NCBI GenBank assembly: GCA_019358935.1
Contig: JAHHIK010000184.1
Location: forward strand, 1-10,054
Direction: 5' to 3'
Source of the DNA: Tolypothrix carrinoi HA7290-LM1
Lineage (GTDB): Bacteria > Cyanobacteriota > Cyanobacteriia > Cyanobacteriales > Nostocaceae
DNA length: 10,054 nucleotides
The notes below the pieces were generated by a model. The model did no database searches. It saw nothing but the letters and a program-made list of their open reading frames with translations, and was not told the DNA's origin. Shown piece by piece: positions 1 through 5,257 of this stretch. A program made the translations under genes and the position numbers. The first letter of the stretch is position 1. Each line of letters opens with the position of its first letter.

Positions 1-110
1 CCTAGCCAACCTCGAAACCGAGGAAGCGTAAGCACTAGGAAAGAACGCTTTCACTTACACCGTGGAGTGAGGTATGGACAAATTATCTAGCTAGTGGTAG
101 TTCTGTCCAC
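1..110 (+). other. Highly structured RNA-like segment, possibly a remnant of a group II intron (domain III/IV region), cut by the window edge
   Basis: Stems seen: CCTAG 1-5/CTAGG 35-39 enclosing CCTCG-AAAC-CGAGG (10-23) and GC-GTAA-GC (26-33, GNRA loop); TCACT 51-55/AGTGA 66-70; TGGACA-AATTATC 75-87 pairing with GGTAGTT-C-TGTCCA 96-109. The intron assignment rests on recalled resemblance to the region upstream of cyanobacterial intron RT ORFs and is unverified. Confidence 0.4.
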
Positions 111-118
111 ACATTTAG

Positions 119-349
119 AAGCGGTTTGCCACTTTGATCGGAGTGCTGAGTGCTGAAGTAAGCATAAAGAATGTCAAAAGCTTTTTAGGTTTTTTGGGCG
201 ATCGCCTGGGTGACAAGCCGATAAAAATTAGTATCAAAGTTGGAAATAAAGAAGTCAACATTGAAGCAAAAAGCCAACGAGAGCTATTAGAGAGTGAGAG
301 AATAGCAAAAGAGCTTTTAACTGCAATGGGTGGTGGAGGAAATGCCTAA
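119..349 (+). pseudogene. 5'-truncated small protein of the type found upstream of cyanobacterial caspases (EACC1-like effector-associated component)
   Basis: Frame reads K-R-F-A-T-L-I-G-V-L-S-A-E-V-S-I-K-N-V-K-S-F-L-G-F-L-G-D-R-L-G-D-K-P-I-K-I...; in-frame TAG at 116-118 and no ATG near the 5' end; stop overlaps the caspase ATG by 8 bp (ATGCCTAA, 342-349). Confidence 0.6.
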
Positions 350-1967
350 GAAGATAGCGCTGCTGATTGGAGTCAGTGAATATGGTGAAGGTATCCCTCC
401 CCTATCATCTGCCCTCAATGATGTGGAAGCTATGCAGCGAGTTTTGCAAAATCCAAGTCTGGGAGGTTTTGAGCAGGTGGAACCGCTGCTTAATCCCGAT
501 CAGACCCAAATGCGAAGGGCAATTCAAAAGCTATTTAAACAAGCTCTTAAAGATGACTTAGTATTATTGTTTTTCTCTGGTCATGGTATTACTAATGATG
601 ATGGTCATCTTTATTTAACAACTCGGATTACAGCTAAAGACGACTTTGAAGCTACTGCTGTAGACGCAAGTTTTATCCAAGGACAATCATACAATTGCTA
701 TGCAAAACGGCAAGTATTGATTTTGGATGCTTGCTATAGTGGTGCGATCGCTCAAAATTGGCGGACAAAAAGTGTCGGTGTCGATATCAAAAAGCAGCTA
801 GGTGCTTCAGGACGAGTTGTCCTCACATCTAGTAGTGCAACTCAAACTTCCTTTGAGCAGGAAGGTTTACCGCTTTCGCTCTACACTCAGTATTTAGTTG
901 AGGGAATTGAGACAGGTGCAGCAGACACAGACAACGATGGGAATATTCATGTACAGGAACTGCACGCTTACGCTAAGGCAAAAGTTCAAGCGGTAAAGCC
1001 TAAGATGATGCCAGAGATCATTCTGGATAAGGAAGGATACAATATTTTACTGGCACATGCCCCCAAGAATCCAGAGGCAGAGTATCGCAAGCTTGTTGAA
1101 CAATATGCCCAAAATGGTGAACTTAGTAAACTTTCCTACTTAATCTTAAAGCCGAAACAGAAAACATTTGGAATTACAGATGAAAAAGCCGAAGAAATAG
1201 AAAGCGAAGTATTAGAACCTTTCCGCAGACGGTTTGCCAACTTGGAAAGTTACAAACAAGCTTTTGTTGAGGTAGTTGGGCAAAAATATCCCCTGGATGA
1301 ACATACTCGTAAGATGCTGAAGGATTATCAGCAGGATATTTTAGGTCTGGGAGATGAGGATGTAGCACCAATTGAGTTAGAGATTGCATCTGCTAAAGAA
1401 GCGGAATATCAAAAATTAGCCGAGTTACAGAAGCAACAACAAGCTAACCAGGCAAAGTTACAAAAACAACAAGAACAAGAACAACAATCTATTCAAACAA
1501 CCACGACAAAACCAACGCAGGACAATGATAATCTCAGTTCTGAGAAGGGTGTAGACTATACGCGATTGCGCGATTTACTCAAAGCTAAGATGTGGAAAGA
1601 AGCAGATGAAGAAACTCTGAAAGTGATGCTGAAAGCCGCTGGCAGAAAACAAGATGGCTGGCTTGATCCCCAATCTATTAACAACTTTCCTTGCACTGAC
1701 TTACGCACCATTGACCAACTGTGGGTAAAATACAGTAATGGGCGCTTTGGGTTTAGTGTGCAAAAGCGCATTTGGGAAAGTGTAGGAGAAAGCGTGGAAA
1801 AGTTTGGCGATCGCGTCGGCTTGAGGAGAGGGGGCAAATGGGCAAAATACACAAACTTCACTTTTGAGACTCATGCTCCCGAAGGACACCTTCCGGTTTC
1901 TTTTTCTTTGGACACCTTCGGGGGTTTTCTTGTTGTCGTCTCTCTTCTCTCGCGTCGAGACTTGTAA
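342..1967 (+). CDS. Caspase-family (peptidase C14) protein with helical/Gln-rich linker and C-terminal GUN4-like domain
   Basis: N-terminal KIALLIGVSEY; catalytic His in FSGHG (codon 582-584) and Cys in LDACYSG (codon 732-734); GUN4-like LSSEKGVDYTRLRDLL...WKEADEET...FPCTDLRTIDQLWVKYSNGRFGFSVQKRIW...GHLP from ~1533. ATG 342 is preferred over GTG 330 because of the coupled overlap with the upstream stop. Confidence 0.92.
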   Translation: MPKKIALLIGVSEYGEGIPPLSSALNDVEAMQRVLQNPSLGGFEQVEPLLNPDQTQMRRAIQKLFKQALKDDLVLLFFSGHGITNDDGHLYLTTRITAKDDFEATAVDASFIQGQSYNCYAKRQVLILDACYSGAIAQNWRTKSVGVDIKKQLGASGRVVLTSSSATQTSFEQEGLPLSLYTQYLVEGIETGAADTDNDGNIHVQELHAYAKAKVQAVKPKMMPEIILDKEGYNILLAHAPKNPEAEYRKLVEQYAQNGELSKLSYLILKPKQKTFGITDEKAEEIESEVLEPFRRRFANLESYKQAFVEVVGQKYPLDEHTRKMLKDYQQDILGLGDEDVAPIELEIASAKEAEYQKLAELQKQQQANQAKLQKQQEQEQQSIQTTTTKPTQDNDNLSSEKGVDYTRLRDLLKAKMWKEADEETLKVMLKAAGRKQDGWLDPQSINNFPCTDLRTIDQLWVKYSNGRFGFSVQKRIWESVGESVEKFGDRVGLRRGGKWAKYTNFTFETHAPEGHLPVSFSLDTFGGFLVVVSLLSRRDL

Positions 1968-2021
1968 ACTGTAACATATAAGGCTTACAGGAAATTGTAA
2001 AGATTCATAAACAAGTCAATA

Positions 2022-2063
2022 TAATTCATAATTCATAATTGATAATTCGTAATTCGTAATTAT
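2022..2063 (+). repeat. Heptamer short tandem repeat (STRR-type), 6 x TAATT(C/G/A)N
   Basis: TAATTCA TAATTCA TAATTGA TAATTCG TAATTCG TAATTAT, ending directly at ATG 2064. Confidence 0.85.
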
Positions 2064-2309
2064 ATGAAAATAAAAGGCATCAAGCACAGAAATAGTATAG
2101 AAATCTTTCAAGAATTAAACATTCCTGATGGGCAAGAAATAGTCATTGAGATTCTAGACGAATCTACAACAATTGTCAGTGGTGAGTCTCAATTCTGGAA
2201 ATCCCTAGAAAAATTTCGCCAATAACAAGAATTAGAAGCAGTAAGTATTGAACCCGAAGTTTTTGCAGATGTGCGAGATACTTCACCAGGACGTGAAGTA
2301 ACTTGGTGA
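2064..2309 (+). pseudogene. Antitoxin-like gene upstream of vapC with an internal nonsense codon (missed by the ORF track)
   Basis: MKIKGIKHRNSIEIFQELNIPDGQEIVIEILDESTTIVSGESQFWKSLEKFRQ*QELEAVSIEPEVFADVRDTSPGREVTW*; TAA at 2223-2225; terminal TGA overlaps the vapC GTG (GTGA 2306-2309). Confidence 0.8.
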
Positions 2310-2779
2310 ACTTGCGCTTTTTATTAGATACTAATATTCTTTCCGAGCCATTGCGCCCAATTCCCAACTCGAATGTTATCGAAATGCTGCGACGACATGA
2401 AAATGAAATAGTTACAGCAACTGTTGTTTATCATGAACTACTTTTCGGGTGCTACCGTCTTCCTGAGTCTAAAAAACGTCAAACTATAGAAAAATATCTC
2501 CAAGAAGTAGTTGAGCCTAATATACCATTACTGCCATATGATACTAACGCCGCTAAATGGCACGCTACAGAAAGAGCGCGTCTGGTAACTATTGGCAAAA
2601 CACCATCATTTGCAGATAGTCAAATTGCTGCGATAGCGAAGCGCTGCTGCGTTCGCCCTTGGCGTCTCCCCTTGGGAGAAGCGCAGATCGCTCAGGTTAA
2701 CGGTCTGATTGTTGTTACTAACAATGTGGCAGACTACGCCGATTTTATCGAACTACAAGTTGAAAACTGGTTTATATGA
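2306..2779 (+). CDS. vapC: VapC-family PIN-domain toxin carrying an 18-aa in-frame insertion
   Basis: FLLDTNILSE, VYHELLFG, FADSQIAAIA and VVTNNVADY PIN motifs; the foreign segment KRCCVRPWRLPLGEAQIA interrupts IAAIA/QVNG. Confidence 0.85.
   Translation: MNLRFLLDTNILSEPLRPIPNSNVIEMLRRHENEIVTATVVYHELLFGCYRLPESKKRQTIEKYLQEVVEPNIPLLPYDTNAAKWHATERARLVTIGKTPSFADSQIAAIAKRCCVRPWRLPLGEAQIAQVNGLIVVTNNVADYADFIELQVENWFI
2635..2688. mobile_element. 54-bp SDR-like (small dispersed repeat) insertion in a HIP1 site, apparently nested
   Basis: Removing 2635-2688 restores GCGATCGC (2630-2634 + 2689-2691) and the reading AAIAQVNG; the insert has several short hairpins. Confidence 0.8.
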
Positions 2780-2791
2780 ACTTTTTCAAAA

Positions 2792-3217
2792 TTAGAGCAT
2801 GTCAGGAAAATACTGACTGAGAAAAACTTGTGGTGTCAAAATCTGAATACCGTTAAATTCGTTTAAGACCAGTAAATCTAAATCACCAGTAATAATAACT
2901 TCAGCATTAGCAGCTAAAGCCGTTTCTAGAATCACAATATCATCTGGGTCACGTAATTCAGGAACATCTACAGCTTCAGTCGAACACGATTCGGAAAATC
3001 CTTCTGCGACAGACATTAAATATTCAGCTGTATAACCTCGCAGCTCTAAGCGCGATTGAAATTTAGCACGTTTGAGAGTGGTTTCTAGTTCCAAAAACAG
3101 CGCTTGGGAGGCAAAAATGCTAATTCTTTGATTTCGTGCTAAATGCAAGAATTTACCAGGAATACCACCCCAAAGCAAACCCGAAATCCAAACATTGACA
3201 TCTAATACAATCCTCAT
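2792..3217 (-). CDS. Putative toxin-antitoxin toxin, PIN family (PIN_3-type)
   Basis: MRIVLDVNVWISGLLWGG start; LRDPDDIVILETALAANAEVIITGDLDLL motif; 4-bp ATGA overlap with the upstream gene. Confidence 0.9.
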   Translation of the reverse strand: MRIVLDVNVWISGLLWGGIPGKFLHLARNQRISIFASQALFLELETTLKRAKFQSRLELRGYTAEYLMSVAEGFSESCSTEAVDVPELRDPDDIVILETALAANAEVIITGDLDLLVLNEFNGIQILTPQVFLSQYFPDML

Positions 3218-3489
3218 GCTTTAGAACGTCTTTCCCGTCGTACTTCCTTGACAATTTCACTAATTTCTTCTAAAGAAGGTTGATTAGGGTCTGGTTCCAA
3301 TTCATCAAGACGTTGGAGAAATTCATCTAGGTTTACAGTCGGTTTGCGGATTTTTTTCAGAACAATTTCGGCTTCTGTAATTGATACCATATATTCATCG
3401 CCAGGAATGAGTTTTGCCTGCATTTCTGCGGGAAGTTCTAATTGACCTTCTGCTGTGATTTTCACTCTTATATCTGTATTTGTTTCCAT
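3214..3489 (-). CDS. AbrB/MazE/SpoVT-like antitoxin
   Basis: VKITAEGQLELPAEMQAKLIPGDEY swapped-hairpin-like N-terminus; acidic C-terminus SLEEISEIVKEVRRE; coupled to the PIN gene. Confidence 0.8.
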   Translation of the reverse strand: METNTDIRVKITAEGQLELPAEMQAKLIPGDEYMVSITEAEIVLKKIRKPTVNLDEFLQRLDELEPDPNQPSLEEISEIVKEVRRERRSKA

Positions 3490-3523
3490 AATCTAATTCT
3501 TCCTCATCAATTATATTTTATGG

Positions 3524-4159
3524 CTATAACTGACAAATTGCTTTCAGAACTTGTAGTAACTGATTTGAACGCTCTTTTTCCATTAAATTTAATTCTGGCA
3601 TCAAATAATAATTTGGGGGATTTCCGTGTTTGATATTCACAAACAAATAGCTTCTACCATTTGTGGTTAAGCCCCAAACAGATTCTTGATGCTCTAAAGT
3701 TTTATAAGCGTATGTCAGCAACTGAGGTAAACCTGTTAATATATCAACCTGACTATTTTTCGATTCAATCAACAATATCCAAAAGTAAGTATTGGCTTTT
3801 GTACGTTTAGCTTTAGTTACAGCTAAGATATCGAATCTACCTTTAATTTTGATATCTTCATCTTCAATTTCAATTTCCGCTATATCTTCTTCTAGAAGAA
3901 TCTCGATAGGATAGCGATAAAAGCCAGCTAAACGCATTAAAGGAGCAACTACAAGAAACTTTACTTGCCCTTCAGAAACTTTACCAGCTGTTAGATAACG
4001 GCGAAAGTCATTTTGTATTTGTAAAAGTTCCTGCTGTTCCAATTCTGTTAGCGGTTCTAGCGATAACAATGGGGTGAATGAATCAGCGTACTGTTCTTGA
4101 AACCCAAACAGACGTTGAACATCTTCTAGGGATAAATTACGAGCGTTGAGAATTGTCAT
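3524..4159 (-). CDS. Restriction-endonuclease-like PD-(D/E)XK protein (HsdR N-terminal-like, stand-alone)
   Basis: SEGQVK, GRFDILAV, LIESKN, QLLTY and GLTTNG motifs; 211 aa with no helicase part. Confidence 0.75.
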   Translation of the reverse strand: MTILNARNLSLEDVQRLFGFQEQYADSFTPLLSLEPLTELEQQELLQIQNDFRRYLTAGKVSEGQVKFLVVAPLMRLAGFYRYPIEILLEEDIAEIEIEDEDIKIKGRFDILAVTKAKRTKANTYFWILLIESKNSQVDILTGLPQLLTYAYKTLEHQESVWGLTTNGRSYLFVNIKHGNPPNYYLMPELNLMEKERSNQLLQVLKAICQL

Positions 4160-4200
4160 TTATTTTTGCTTTATGTTGACAGTGATTACTTAATTACATT

Positions 4201-4238
4201 ATTAGCAGCTAAAGCTGTTTCCAAATCACAGTATCATC
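4201..4238 (-). pseudogene. Short relic of a PIN toxin gene
   Basis: 35 of 39 positions match 2906-2944 (DDIVILETALAAN codons), with one 1-nt gap. Confidence 0.7.
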
Positions 4239-4330
4239 AGAAATCGGCTTTCTCAGGTTTTATTAAGAGAAATTTACTGCGTTGGTATAAATTAAATCGA
4301 CAAGCGATCGCCTAACCTAATTCAACTATT

Positions 4331-4666
4331 TTAACCCACAGCAAAATCTGTAAACTGTCTTTTATAAGGTGAGTGAAATCCTAACACTATATCGTGTTTG
4401 GGAACACCTAAAGCCACTAATTCATCAGCAATATTAGCTTCCGTTCCATTATGCTGAATCCAAATTTTCCCATTCTTAATATCTAAGTGTAATACACAAC
4501 CATATACACGCCGCTTGTTTTCCCAACCCACATATACTAACTGGTAGTGGTCGTGTTCAGTATCAAATATAGTCTGTGCTTCCACTTCACTATCAGATTT
4601 TTCGTCCTGACTATATGCTCTTAATAACTGCTTAATATACTCTCTATATTCATCTAATTTAGCCAT
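4331..4666 (-). CDS. xisI: XisI family protein
   Basis: IFDTEHDHYQLVYVGWENKRRVYGCVLHLDIKNGKIWIQHNGTE...LVALGVPKHDIVLGFHSPYKRQFTDFAVG. Confidence 0.95.
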   Translation of the reverse strand: MAKLDEYREYIKQLLRAYSQDEKSDSEVEAQTIFDTEHDHYQLVYVGWENKRRVYGCVLHLDIKNGKIWIQHNGTEANIADELVALGVPKHDIVLGFHSPYKRQFTDFAVG

Positions 4667-5070
4667 CTGACAATCACCTCATTTTCGATGTCATAAATTA
4701 GTAAACGTAATTGATATTGTTGAATTATCATCTGAGGAAATGGTAGCTTAAAAAAAGCTTCATAGGTATCTGATGGAACCGCTAAATATAAAATGCGTTC
4801 TGGTTGTTCTTGAGAAAGTGCAAACCGATAGTTAATAAATTGTCCTAATGCGGTATGAAACTCGGAAATAGTTGATTGACCAAGAAAACTCTTAACTTCC
4901 ACAGCTATTTTTTGCCCTTCTCTTTCAGCCGCAATAATCTTTTCTGCTCCTAAATCAATATATAATTCAACCAAACCCCACTCTATACGTAAAGGGTCAT
5001 CTGTAATAGTCCAGCCATCTTTTTGTAAGCCTAATTTTACAACATCGTGAAATTTATCTTTTGCTGACAT
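4654..5070 (-). CDS. xisH: XisH family protein
   Basis: MSAKDKFHDVVKLGLQKDGWTITDDP...IDLGAEKIIAAEREGQKIAVEVKSF...FHTALGQFINYR...LYLAVP; start placed at ATG 5070 rather than 5199; overlaps xisI by 13 bp. Confidence 0.95.
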   Translation of the reverse strand: MSAKDKFHDVVKLGLQKDGWTITDDPLRIEWGLVELYIDLGAEKIIAAEREGQKIAVEVKSFLGQSTISEFHTALGQFINYRFALSQEQPERILYLAVPSDTYEAFFKLPFPQMIIQQYQLRLLIYDIENEVIVRWLN

Positions 5071-5125
5071 AACATGTAAGTAGGTCGTTAAATTAAACAT
5101 CACTCGTTGGGATCGGGCAATGGGG

Positions 5126-5169
5126 AGGCAGTGCGTTGGACGGGTTTCCCGGCTTGAAGCATCTGCCGT
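5126..5169. mobile_element. 44-bp hairpin element (SDR5-like) inserted in an ATGGGGC heptamer tract
   Basis: GGCAG 5127-5131/CTGCC 5163-5167 outer stem and CGGG-TTT-CCCG inner stem; removing it gives GGGCAATGGGGCATGGGGCATAGG. Confidence 0.65.
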
Positions 5170-5257
5170 CATGGGGCATAGGAAATAAAAAGAAAACACG
5201 CTTTTTACATTTCTTTACATAGGTGTTTTTATTTATGCCTGCTTACTTATGTTGGTG

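Noticed and set aside
96..112. IS1-like terminal repeat (GGTAGTTCTGTCCAC)
   Set aside because: No partner inverted repeat or transposase follows, and the sequence is explained as the 3' arm of the 75-109 hairpin.
367..2367. Short ORFs 367-561, 1174-1389, 1556-1861, 1701-1889 and 2176-2367
   Set aside because: Shadow ORFs overlapping well-supported genes, with no recognisable motifs.
4331..5070. fdxN excision element
   Set aside because: No xisF recombinase, fdxN fragment or nif genes in the window; xisHI pairs commonly occur alone.
5071..5199. N-terminal extension of XisH in the ORF track
   Set aside because: It runs through the SDR/STRR repeat; the family-typical start is MSAKD at 5070.
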